Part shown: positions 26,085-38,962 of the stretch, one piece after another
Layout of the letters: each line of letters begins with the position of its first letter
Position numbering within the stretch: the stretch's first letter is position 1
Assembly: GCA_964016885.1 (NCBI GenBank)
Contig: OZ024759.1
Span: 18,166,001 to 18,230,000 of the forward strand
DNA: 64,000 nucleotides
DNA from: Eledone cirrhosa
Lineage: Eukaryota
Direction: 5' to 3'
Notes under the pieces: model-generated
What the model saw: the letters and a program-made list of their open reading frames with translations, nothing else
What the model was told of the DNA's origin: nothing
Database searches by the model: none
Position numbers and translations under genes: made by a program

Positions 26085-27770
26085 ACTATCTGCTGATCAT
26101 CAGATCTGACCAAGGAAACTATGTTTCCCTTGGTCTTTCCATTGCTGATACTGTCTACCTGTCATCAGATCAGACCAAGGAAACTATGTTTCCCTTGGTC
26201 TTTCCATTGCTGATACTGTCTACCTGTCATCAGATCAGACCAAGGAAAGTATGTTTCCATTGGTCTTTTCATTGCTAACACTATCTGCTAATTATCAGAT
26301 CAGACCAAGGAAACTATGTTTCCCTTGGACTTTCCATTGATGATACTGTCTACCTGTCATCAGATCAGACCAAGGAAAGTGTGTTTCCATTGGTCTTTTC
26401 ATTGCTAACACTATCTGCTAATTATCAGATCAGACCAAGGAAACTATGTTTCCCTTGGACTTTCCATTGATGATACTGTCTACCTGTCATCAGATCAGAC
26501 CAAGGAAAGTATGTTTCCCTTGGACTTTCCATTGCTGACACTATCTGCTAATTATCAGATCAGACCAAGGAAAGTATGTTTCCCTTGGACTTTCCATTGA
26601 TGATACTGTCATCAGATCAGACCAAGGAAACAATGTTTTCATTGGTCTTTCCATTGCTGACACTATCTGCTAATTATCAGAGATCAGACCAAGAAACTAT
26701 GCTTCCATTGGTCTTTCCATTGATGATACTGTCTACCTGTCATCAGATCAGACCAAGGAAACAATGTTTTCATTGGTCTTTCCATTGCTGACAATATCTG
26801 CTAATTATCAGATCAGACCAAGGAAAGTATGTTTCCCTTGGACTTTCCATTGCTGATACTGTCTACCTGTCATCAGATCAGACCAAGGAAACAATGTTTT
26901 CATTGGTCTTTCCATTGCTGATACTGTCTACCTGTCATCAGATCAGACCAAGGAAACAATGTTTTCATTGGACTTTCCATTGCTGATACTGTCTACCTGT
27001 CATCAGATCAGACCAAGGAAACAAGGTTTTCATTTGTCTTTCCATTGCTGACACTATCTGCTAATTATCAGATCAGACCAAGGCAACAATGCTTCCATTG
27101 GTCTTTCCATTGATGATACTGTCTACCTGTCATCAGATCAGACCAAGGAAACTATGTTTCCCTTGGACTTTCCATTGATGATACTGTCTACCTGTCATCA
27201 GATCAGACCAAGGAAACTATGTTTCCCTTGGACTTTCCATTGATGATACTGTCTACCTGTCATCAGATCAGACCAAGGAAACTATGTTTCCATTGGTCTT
27301 TCTATTGCTGACACTATCTGCTAATTATCAGATCCGACCAAGGAAAGTATGTTTCCCCTTGGTCTTTCCATTGCTGACACTATCTACCTGTCGTCAGTTC
27401 TGACCAAGGAAACTATGTTTCCCTTGGTTTTTCTATTGCTGATATTGTCTGCTGGTCATCATATCAGACCAAGGAAACTGTTTCCATTGGTCTTTCTATT
27501 GCTGACACTATCTGCTAATTATCAGATCAGACCAAGGAAAGTATGTTTCCCTTGGTCTTTCCATTGCTGACACTATCTACCTGTCGTCATATCAGACCAA
27601 GCAAACAATGTTTCCCTTGGTTTTTCTATTGCTGATATTGTCTGCTGGTCATCATATCAGACCAAGGAAACTGTTTCCATTGGTTTTTCCATTTCTAATA
27701 CTATCTGCTGTTAATCAGATCAAACCAAGGAAACAATGCTTCCATTGGTCTTTCCATTGCTGATATTATA
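26085..27770. repeat. ~62-63-bp minisatellite (about 27 units) derived from a SINE body
   Basis: Unit cagatcagaccaaggaaactatgtttcccttggtctttccattgctgatactgtctacctgtcat. The array is contiguous with a SINE head at 27780-27915 (-). Confidence 0.9.
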
Positions 27771-28079
27771 TTATCTACTGGTCACAACTCCTGGCAGAAA
27801 GAGTAATGTGAAATAAAGTATCTAGCTTTGCTCAAAGACATAACACATCGTCTGGTCCAGGAATCAAACTCGCAACCTCATGATTGCGAATTCAGTTCTC
27901 TAACCATTAAGCTACATGCTACTGTTTATAGATATATTGTCAGTAGTGAAATACTGAGTGGCTATCACACTGTTTGATGGAACTTTAAGAACATGAGAAA
28001 CAGCAGGATATAAATAAACATCATGCCTATTTACAACTAGCTGGACTAAAGTAGTTAGTGGCAGTGAATCATCTTTGAT

Positions 28080-28295
28080 CAGTGTATATATATATATGTA
28101 TGTGTGTGTATGTGTATGTGTATGTATGTATATATATATATATATGTGTCTGTGTATATATATATGTGTGTCTGTGTGTGTATGTATATATATATGTGTG
28201 TATGTATGTATGTATGTATGTGTGTATGTATATGTGTGAATGTGCATGTGTATGTATGTATGTGTCTATGCATGTGTGTGTATATATGTATATGT

Positions 28296-28331
<36 letters not shown>

Positions 28332-28384
28332 AGTGTCTGTGTATGTGCATGTATTTATGCTAAATGTTTATATATTTATATATA

Positions 28385-28437
<53 letters not shown>

Positions 28438-28487
28438 TCATTGTTTAACATCCATCTTCCACGCTAGCATGTATATTTATATATATA

Positions 28488-28539
<52 letters not shown>

Positions 28540-28808
28540 CGTTTAACATCCATCTTCCACACTAGCATGTATATTCGTTTATATATGTATACATCTATAT
28601 GCATTTATGCTCTACGTATATGTCTATTTATCTATATATATGTATCTATATGTATTTTTGTATGTATGAATTTGTAACTTCACATTTATTTTCCCATTTA
28701 AGTATTAATGGATGCTATTTGGTTTAAACCTATTCTACCCCATTCAAACATGTCAAATTCTCACTGAAATTTCATTCACTATTCTCTATTATATATGTAT
28801 GTAAATAT

Positions 28809-28865
<57 letters not shown>

Positions 28866-28926
28866 TATATATATATATATATGAATGTACATATATGTTT
28901 GCATGTAAATAAACATACATATATAT

Positions 28927-28992
<66 letters not shown>

Positions 28993-29129
28993 GTATGTTT
29001 ATTTACATGCAAACATATATGTACATGTATATATATATACATATGTATGTATACTCCCAGACATGCATATGTGTATATATATATATATGTACACGTATAT
29101 GCATATGTACATATGTTTTTTTATATGTG

Positions 29130-29182
<53 letters not shown>

Positions 29183-29285
29183 TCATATATATATATATGT
29201 ATATATATACATATGTATGTATACACCTACACATGCATATGTGTATATATATGTACACGTATATGCATATGTACATATGTTTTTT

Positions 29286-29340
<55 letters not shown>

Positions 29341-29344
29341 CCTC

Positions 29345-29390
<46 letters not shown>

Positions 29391-29426
29391 TCATATATAT
29401 ATATATGTATATATATATATATCCTC

Positions 29427-29476
<50 letters not shown>

Positions 29477-29577
29477 TCATATATATATATAGATGTATGT
29501 GTATATATATATTTATATATATATGTATATATATATGTATGTGTATATATATATTTATATATATATATATGTATATA

Positions 29578-29641
<64 letters not shown>

Positions 29642-29665
29642 TATATATGTATGTGTATATATATA
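28080..29665. repeat. (TA/TG)n compound microsatellites upstream of the exon
   Basis: Read directly from the sequence. Confidence 0.93.
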
Positions 29666-29691
29666 AACATCATTTATTAAACTCTTTTCAG

Positions 29692-29812
29692 GGTTGACAG
29701 TAAGGGCAGCATCTGTGACCAGAAAGGTGTATTTCGAATCAACTGTGTTGACTGCCTTGACCGCACAAATGTTGTACAAACAGCCATTGCCAGGGTTGTG
29801 ATGGAGACTCAG
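29692..29812 (+). CDS. INPP5F: Internal coding exon of a Sac-domain phosphoinositide phosphatase, Sac2/INPP5F type (catalytic motif exon)
   Basis: Acceptor ctcttttcag and donor CAG|gtaagc. The first base completes a split codon (probably TG|G = W), then [40 protein letters not shown]. This contains the Sac signature RxNCxDCLDRTN. The flanks (VD..G.IC.Q.G.FR and [12 protein letters not shown]) match my recollection of metazoan INPP5F better than SAC1, FIG4 or synaptojanin. Confidence 0.92.
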
Positions 29813-30783
29813 GTAAGCATGGCACATTCACTTCTTCTTTGATATGTATGGAGGGGGAGGCGGGATCGATGAGGGGTGAGCAGGTATTGTGTGTGTTTGC
29901 TAGATATATTTTGTTTGCATTTTGGTTTGATTTTGCTTTTCTTAATTTACGTATCAGGTATCAGAGTGCAACCTGTTTAGCAAATTGCTTGATCTAAGAT
30001 TATATGTTGGAACTGATACAATTAACCTTTTGGAAATGTTATAATAAAGAAATTTCAAACATCTACTTACTATTATATTCACTTTTGGTTTATTTTGTAA
30101 TAATAGTATCATTGTATTTTCCAAATAATGTGATTTGACTGAGTGCTTCTGTTTCGTAGTCGCCGCTTGTGAGATTTCCTGTATTGTTGGTCCCCTAACT
30201 GCTGTTTTTCATCTACAAAATTGGAAAGAGTGCATCATGCCTGAGGAAGGATCCCCATGAGGTGGTGTGGATGATGTAGCATGTGTCACTGGCTGTTCTC
30301 CGCAGCAATGATTTTGCCATTTTGTCTGCAGGGAGCAGTTGAGATATACTGGCTAGACTGTGTTGTAGAGACTGTTGTTCTGTGTGTAATGGTAGTGCAA
30401 GTGTCTGACAAAGAGAAGGTGGGTGTTTGCATCCCATAGGCAACACCGGTCGCTTGTTTTTCCAAATTTAGGTGTTTATATGCTCAACACCCCAGCAGCA
30501 CAAAAAATAAGAGCTGTTAACATGGCAGATGATCTCCTCAGAGTCAACAGCCATCCACCCCAACTATAGATTATATGAACTTACCAACCCACAATTGTCC
30601 AAGACTGGAGAGTATGGCTACATATCTGACATGACCAAAACCAAATAAAAAGCAGTGTAGGTCAACCAGGCAGGAGTTCCTCCAACAGGCATGAGAAGAC
30701 CCTGGATTAGATGATCAACTTATTTGACTATTTTTATAGTCAAATGCCTGCATTGTAACATTATTTTAAAATACAACAATTTA

Positions 30784-30972
30784 AGGGCGGTGGATTGGCA
30801 GTATCGGTAGAGGGTCGGGCGCCATGCTTTCCAGTATAGTTACGTCCCTTTACGATCTGAGTTCAAATCCCGCCGAGGTTGACTTTGCCTTTCATCCTTA
30901 CGGGGTCGATAAAATAAAGTACCAGTAATGCACTGGGTAATTGCTGGCCTTGTGCCTAAAGTAGAAACAATT
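30784..30972 (+). mobile_element. Full-length young SINE A
   Basis: gggcggtggattggcagtatcgg...gagttcaaatcccgcc...gtagaaacaatt. The flank attattttaaaatacaaca is duplicated on both sides (target-site duplication). Confidence 0.88.
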
Positions 30973-31129
30973 ATTTTAAAATACAACATTCACTGAATGC
31001 TTTGTAAATTATGATTCAGTTTTGTTCATATATATATATACACACACACATACACATATAGTAGAAGAAATACCACAGAGTTGCAAAATCACAATCTTAT
31101 TAGGATCACACTTATTAGCAAGCGAGCTT

Positions 31130-31520
31130 AGCAGTCTTGGGTCTGGTAGACTTGGGCCTGGCATATTTAGGCCTAGAAAACTTAAACCTGGAAAACTTTG
31201 ACCTAGAAGTCTGGGTTCTGGTAGACTTGGGCTGGTTAAATTTGTGTCTGGTAGACTTGTGTCTGGAAGACTTAGGCCTGGATGAATGGGCCCTGGTAGA
31301 CTGAGGTCTGGTAGATTTGGGCTGGCAGACTTAGGTCAGTATGAATAGGACCTAATAGAGTGGGGTCTGGAGACTTGGGCTGGTTAGACTTGTGTCTGGT
31401 AGACTTCGGTCTGGTAGACTTGGGTCTGGAAGATGTAGGGCTGGATGAAAGGACTTGATAGACTGGCGTCTGGTAGACTTGGGCTGGTTAGACTTGTGTC
31501 TAGAAGACTTAGGTCTGGCC
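31130..31520. repeat. Degenerate ~15-bp tandem repeat
   Basis: (ctggtagacttgggt)-like units. Confidence 0.75.
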
Positions 31521-32397
31521 TAGAAGCAGACCAATGATAGAAGTTCCAACCATGCTGTATAGTGATCTCTCATCGTCTGTTGCAGTACAGGAAGCAAAAT
31601 AACTAATGAGGAAGAAAAGAAAGTTTATCTGGTTGGGTGTTAGGGTATTTATCTGTGTGGAAATTTATTTTGTTATACATTTTAAAAAAATGTTCATTCC
31701 TTAATTTCATTTCTATTTAATTACTAATGTGATTAATAACTTTACATGTCATTTATAATCTGATAATAAAAAAAGAAGCATGAACATAAAATACTAATTT
31801 AACGTTTTTAGTTATACAAAATGTATTGGTTAAAAAAAGCATTGCAATTCTTTCATTTTTTATATGTAATGGCATGGCTACTTATTTAAGGAGTTTGTTT
31901 ACAACCATGAGATTTCAGGAGGAGTTCAACTATCTGGCACCTTGAGAAAGTGTCTCTATTGCTTTAGGTTGACTAATACCTTTTGAGTGAAATGAGGTAG
32001 ATAGAAATTATAAGGAAACCCATTGTGTATAAATATATACTCACATATGTGTGTGGTATGTATATACACTTGTATGTTTGACGAAGTTAAATGAGTTATC
32101 TTGTGAGCAATGCTAGGTCTGGTGACCATGTCATGCTCATACAGAACCGATTTTGGCTTGGTTTCTACAGCTGCATGCCCTTCTTAATGCCAACCTCATT
32201 TACTGTGAGTACTGGGCGCTTTTTGTCATGATGCCTGAATGACCAATTTACAGTGTGGACTGGGTGCTTTTTGCCGTGACACCTACACGACCACGTTACA
32301 GTGTGGACTGGGTGTTTTTTGCCGTGACACCTACATGACCACTTTACAGTGTGGACTGGGCACTTTTGCCGTTTGAAACCACTTGATGATAATGATG

Positions 32398-32461
<64 letters not shown>

Positions 32462-32775
32462 TAGATAGATAGATAGCTTCAGTGGTTGGTGTAATTATTT
32501 ATAGCAACCATGTTTACTTTTTTGTTTCTGTGTCCGACATTACTAGATTTTCTATGAATTTCATAATTCCTCAGTGCTTCAAAAGTTTGATACTTTGGGT
32601 ACAATGTTGTTTATACATTTGCATGTGCATGCGTGAATGTATGTGTGAATGTGTGGTCTTTGTGTGTGTTTGTGTACACAGACATTTGATGAAGTATAAT
32701 ATTGGTATCCTATCAGCATTGTCTACTAAATTTTGTCTGTATTACTTCTCATAATCTTTTTGTAACAAGCCAATT

Positions 32776-32822
<47 letters not shown>

Positions 32823-32885
32823 TATATGTGTGTGTGTATATATATATATATAGATATATGCATATTTATACATATATATACATAG

Positions 32886-32944
<59 letters not shown>

Positions 32945-32976
32945 TTTTACATATATTTTTACATATATATACATAC

Positions 32977-33014
<38 letters not shown>

Positions 33015-33043
33015 TATATATATTTATACATATATATACATAC

Positions 33044-33120
<77 letters not shown>

Positions 33121-33189
33121 TTATACATATATATACATATACGTACATATATATGCATATATATAATAACCACTTAGATGTGCAATCAT

Positions 33190-33224
<35 letters not shown>

Positions 33225-33683
33225 CATACACGTATATACATTCATAGGTGTGTGAGTGTGAATATGAATGGTGATATGATTAGTTATGAGTGTGAGTGTG
33301 AAAGAGATAGTAATGTCCCTGCTGTGTAATGACTATCATGCTTGCTTAGTTCAGGTGACTTACGGCTGATTAAACTCTTGTCATGAAGTTTATCATTATT
33401 TCCACTTACACTATGGAGTGGTGAGTGATGCCAGCTCTGTAATGCTAGACTAAGTGTCCAAAAATATTTAGTTCCATCTCTTTACTGCATCAACTTCACC
33501 TTGAATTCCTTTCCAGTCGATAAAATAAGTACCAGCTGTGATATACTGTCTAGCCGAGAGGGTCTAGGTAGAATTTAACTCCCTTTTTCTACTCTCCAAC
33601 TGTATTTTTCTTTCCCTTCATTGTCTGTTTTTTTCTTCCTAATTTTGTCATTGTTATTCTAAATGTATTTTTCAATTATTTTC

Positions 33684-35250
33684 CCTTTACGATCTGAGTT
33701 CAAATCCCGCCGAGGTTGACTTTGCCTTTCATCCTTACGGGGTCGATAAAATAAAGTACCAGTAATGTACTGGGTAATTGCTGGCCTTGTGCCTAAAGTA
33801 GAAACAATTATTATTGTTGTTATTATTATTATTATTACTATGGAAAGGAAGGTGAGGGTGGAGAGAGAAGTGCTGCCCCCCCCCCCCCCCCCACAGTACA
33901 TTTGCTGAAAGGTGGGTGAATGTGGCGAGAATGGCCCGTGTGAGTGGGCTTAGTCTGATCGTGCGCCTGTAGGTGGGTGAATTTGAGGAGGAGAGGGGGT
34001 GCCCTTCCCGGGTGCTCTCGAAGCATCGGGTCGTTCAGGATTGGTTGGGTACCTGAGTCACCCCTGGGTCGTCCACCCCTCCTATAGGGGAATTTATTTT
34101 GTTATTTTCATGCATAGTTTATTCTATATTTTTTATATCTTCATTGTTAAATTAGTCTTGCCATTGTGCACTTTAACTCGGTCTTATTGTAAACCCCCCA
34201 CTGTCCCTGTCTTTGTATTGTCCCCTACATGTCGGCCCTTGTGGCTAATAAATGAAATCATTATTGGCAGTATCGGTAGAGGGTCGGACGCCATGCTTTC
34301 CAGCATAGTTACGTCCCTTTACGATCTGAGTTCAAATCCCGCCGAGGTTGACTTTGCCTTTCATCCTTACGGGGTCGATAAAATAAAGTACCAGTAATGC
34401 ACTGGGTAATTGCTGGCCTTGTGCCTAAAGTAGAAACAATTATTATTATTATTACTATTATCATCATCATCATCATCATCATCATTATCATTTGTGCTTT
34501 ATGTCATATAATTACGGCTCTTTACATTCTGAATCCTTCTGAAGTTAGCTTTGCCTTTTATCCTTATGGATTTGATAAAATAAAGTACCAGTAATGCCCT
34601 GGGGTCAATTTAATCAGCTTTCTCCATCTCACAATATTGCTGGCCTTGTGCCTATATAAGAAATCATTATTATTATTATTGTAAGGACGGTGGATTGGCA
34701 GTATCGGTAAGGGTCGGACGCCATGCTTTCTAGCATAGTTACGTCCCTTTACAGTCTGAGTTCAAATCCCGCCGAGGTTAACTTTGCCTTTCATCCTTAC
34801 GGGGTAGATAAAATAAAGTACCAGTAATGTACTGGGGTAATTGCTGGCCTTGTGCCAAAAAGTAGAAATAATTATTATCAGATGGATAAATGCTTAGTAG
34901 TATTTGTTCTGACTCTTCATTCTGAGTTTGAATCTCGCTGAGGTTAACTTTGCCTTTCATCCTTATGGGTTCGATAAAATAAAATACCAGTAATGCACTG
35001 AGGTCAATTTAATCGGCTTTCCCCTCCCCCAAAATTGTTGGTCTTATGCCTAAATCAGAAACCATTATTCTGTCTTTGTGGCACAGAGTTATGTCCCTTT
35101 ATGTTCCGAGTTAAAATCCCACCAAGGTCAGCTTTGCCTTTCAACCTCACAGGTTCAATAAAATAAAGTACCAGTAATACACTAGGGTTGATTTAATCGT
35201 CTTCCCCCCTCCCCCAAATTGTTGGCTTTATGCCTAAATCAGAAATTATG
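33684..35250 (+). mobile_element. Head-to-tail cluster of SINE A copies with an intervening Tx1-like fragment
   Basis: Six family A cores of differing divergence. Confidence 0.8.
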
Positions 35251-35633
35251 AAGTTATAGGGTAGTTAATTAGAAGAATTGATAGAGCATTGAAATAAGAG
35301 GCATTAACCCTTTCATCACCATATTTCTAATTAATGACACTGTGTATGGTTTTTATATAGTTTTAAAAATAAAAATTGGAATGTATTCAGTAACATAACT
35401 ACCTTTCTCATTATTAAGGTGATGTTTAGAATATTAAATAGTTCAAACAGGTGATGTTTAGAATATTAAACAGCTCAAACAGGTGATGTTTAGAATATTA
35501 AACAGCTCAAACAAATAGGAGTAAAAAATATATATATATATTACATTCAAAGTTATGGATGCCATGATTGAGATAATCTCGAACATGTTAAATATGTTTA
35601 GAGGTTGGTCTGCTGTTTCTAGTTGGCCTAAAC

Positions 35634-35924
35634 CAGGGGTGTGCAAAAGGCGGTTCATGGGCCACAATCAGAGTGGCCTGCAATGACTGTTACCTTGTAG
35701 GCTTATTTAGAATTCTTTTCGTAACCGTAATACAATTTTCTGTTAATTGACCTATACTAAAGGGCTTTACTGATAGGGTTATGTGTGTTAGAATTTCCCA
35801 GTTCCATGTTATGGAAAGAAGTTGTGGTGAATCTTTGGAATAGTGCTTAATAAATATTAATGGCCCTAATAGTTGTTCCAATGTTCAAACATGGCCCGCC
35901 AATGGAATATGTTGCACACCCCTG
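35634..35924. mobile_element. hAT-type MITE
   Basis: 13-bp TIR CAGGGGTGTGCAA/TTGCACACCCCTG and 8-bp flanks gcctaaac/gcctagat (6 of 8 identical). Confidence 0.8.
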
Positions 35925-36409
35925 GCCTAGATTCTTTCATGTCATTGCAGGCATTGAATGCATGCATTGGTTTTTTTTAAATATGATACCATCTGCTTTT
36001 CTCGTCGCCTTCAGTTCTGTATGTCAAAGGGTGTAAATTTAGATAGATCAATTTCCCTCACTGACGATCCAAAATCGATTATCTAACTTCACCGATATTT
36101 GGTGAAATGTATTCATGTTTTGTGAAGGATACATACGAGGGAGATATATATGATTTTTATCAGGTATCTATGTTTTAAATTTTTGTTAAATTTTAATAGG
36201 ATACTCTAACAAACTATGTATTCTTACATTCTATACAGATTGTCACTTGTTAAAGTTTGATATGTCTTATTATACATTTATATCATTGGATATTTATGTG
36301 TATATATATATATGTCATTCACTATTTTATAATGATTAAATGCTTGGATTTATTCTTTGGATTTGGTCTTCATAATTATTATTACTATATATATATATAT
36401 ATATATATA

Positions 36410-36733
36410 AGTATTAATAAAATAGATGTTCTTTTGATCAATTACATTTTATTATATATATTTCGAATGTAAAACAGTACGTCCTCATCAGACAAAATAT
36501 AATGATACATGACATACCCTGAGATGTTAAATGGTTATATTTTGTCTGATGAGGACGTACTGTTGTACATCCAAAACATGTATAATAAAATGTAATTGAT
36601 CAAAAGAACATCTATTTTATTAATACTTATATTAATAACTCCTGAAAATTATTTTACCGTTGAGTGCTTCCAATCTACTGTAAAAATCATTCTTTGACAT
36701 AATCATCGAATATTGTTTAACATTTTAATACTT
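36410..36733 (+). mobile_element. Penelope-like insertion with inverted duplicate and paired hammerheads (family P4)
   Basis: Inverted arms at about 36410-36502 and 36535-36627, TA-flanked. Confidence 0.7.
36442..36502 (-). ncRNA. Type I hammerhead ribozyme (P4)
   Basis: Reverse complement ttatattttgt-CTGATGA-GGACGTAC(tgtt)TTACATTC-GAAATATATATA-ataaaatgtaa, with an 11-bp stem I. The + copy at 36535-36595 has GAAA changed to AAAA. Confidence 0.75.
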
Positions 36734-36751
36734 ATATATATATATATATAT

Positions 36752-36858
36752 AATGGAAAAATTTGAACAGGAACAAAACAGAGAGGCAGTACAACGAATG
36801 TTTATTAATTTCACGCTCTGGAGAGTGGGGTGGTGGTGGGGAACAACGTTTCGGGCAT
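36752..36858 (-). mobile_element. Truncated family-P3 copy
   Basis: Reverse complement tgcccgaaacgttgttcccc...gagcgtgaaattaataaacatt..ttgtactgcctctctg matches 19707-19810. Confidence 0.7.
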
Positions 36859-37429
36859 ATATATATATATATATATATATATAAGGAATTTGTAGTTTAC
36901 TTGAAGCATTGTATATAGTATAAAGAATTCAAAGCTTGAAAGCCACGACAATGCAGATTGGACGGAAAATAATCAAGTCATAAGAAACAGGAGGTGTTTT
37001 ATTTTACTTTAGTTTATTTATATGTCGTGATATTTTGAGATAAATATCTCTCCTTCCGAGGAAGATAAAGAAACTATTCCAGTATCCGATGCAGCTTGCT
37101 ATAGCATGCTGGTATATATATATGAATGAAAAGTCGACCACAGTACTGGGATGATACGTTTTTATTGAGCTCAAAAGGATTAAAAGCAAATGCTTGAATT
37201 AGAAACCATTATTATATGATCTTAAAAATAAAATGTTTCATTGTGGGCTATGTTCTAACACCCATATATCAATTATAAAGTGGCAGGGAATTGGCAGAGA
37301 AGTTAGAATGTTGGATAGAATGCTTTGCAGTATAATTTTAAGTGAAATTGCCAACAATCTCAAGCAATCTCATATGATTACTTTAAAGAAAAAATAATGC
37401 ATTGAAGAGAAGGGAAGCAAAACAAAATA

Positions 37430-37467
37430 CATACATATATGTCTGTGTATATATGTATGTATGTATG

Positions 37468-37516
<49 letters not shown>

Positions 37517-37634
37517 TTTTTCCCCATATATATATTTCTCTCTCTCTCTCTCTCTGTATATATATGTGTGTGTGTGTGTATATATCTATATATCTATATT
37601 TATATATATATCTATCTATATATATCTATATATA

Positions 37635-37674
<40 letters not shown>

Positions 37675-37824
37675 GTATGTATGTATGTATATATATATAT
37701 AAATGTATGTATATATATATATGTATGTATGTATATATATATATAAATGTATGTATATATATATATAAATGTATGTATATATATATATATATATGTATGT
37801 ATATATATATATATATATATGTGT

Positions 37825-37873
<49 letters not shown>

Positions 37874-37894
37874 GTATATATATATATATGTATG

Positions 37895-37926
<32 letters not shown>

Positions 37927-38012
37927 TATGTATGTATATATGTATGTATATATGTATATATATGTATGTATGTATATATATATATGTATGTATATATATA
38001 TATATATGTATG

Positions 38013-38044
<32 letters not shown>

Positions 38045-38170
38045 TATGTATGTATATATGTATGTATATATGTATATATATGTATGTATGTATATATATA
38101 TATGTATGTATATATATATATATATGTATGTATATATATATATGTATGTATATATATATATATATGTATG

Positions 38171-38201
<31 letters not shown>

Positions 38202-38270
38202 ATATATACATTGTGGAAATTATATACATATAACTGACACTCACACACAGAAATATATATATGTATATAT
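37430..38270. repeat. (TA/TATG)n compound microsatellite
   Basis: Read directly from the sequence. Confidence 0.95.
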
Positions 38271-38479
38271 TTTAGGCAGAGAATTTAATATGTAATATAT
38301 AAAAGAAATTGTCAACAATGACATCATATTGTATCATTACAAACAGAAAAAAAATATTTTTCTCCGTAATTATGTACCGTATTTCAGGGTGTAGTTGGCA
38401 GTACAGAAGCCATTTTGTCCAGCACATAATTCTATGATAATTATATATATGTTTGTGTGCGTGTGTGTATATATACATA

Positions 38480-38680
38480 TAAGTTTATCCCAGGTTCAAT
38501 CAGGGGTAACCACAGCAAGTAAGGTACTGAATACAAAGCAGAGTATAAATATTTAATATAGAAAAGGCTTAAACAGGACTAGAACTGTTTCATTCGTGAG
38601 AAATCATCAGGGCTTCCTGATGAATTCTCCCGAATGAAACAGTTCTAGTCCCGTAGAAGCCTTTTTTATATTAAAAATAT
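38480..38680 (-). mobile_element. Penelope-like fold-back insertion with back-to-back hammerhead cores
   Basis: Arms at about 38550-38611 and 38616-38678. The + arm reads CTGATGA-ATTC(tccc)GAAT-GAAACAGTTCTAGTC and the - arm has the same core. Stem I is poorly formed. Confidence 0.62.
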
Positions 38681-38728
38681 ATATACATAATCATCAGCAC
38701 TGTTTTATGTCCATTTTTACACACGCAT

Positions 38729-38776
<48 letters not shown>

Positions 38777-38962
38777 GCATACACACACAAACTCTTACAC
38801 ATACATATAACATTGGGTAGAATACTCTGCTGTATCTATTATGGCTCACTGCTCTCTGAATAAAAATCCCACTAGGGTCAAATTTAGCTTTCATCCTTTC
38901 AAGGTCAATAATAAAAGTACCAGTCTAGTACTGAGGGAGTTTAGAGACATGTTTGTGTTGAG

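Noticed and set aside
36015-36086. Open frame after cttcag as the downstream exon
   Set aside because: Stops after 23 codons and has no similarity to the expected L.KLG...WANNGD sequence.
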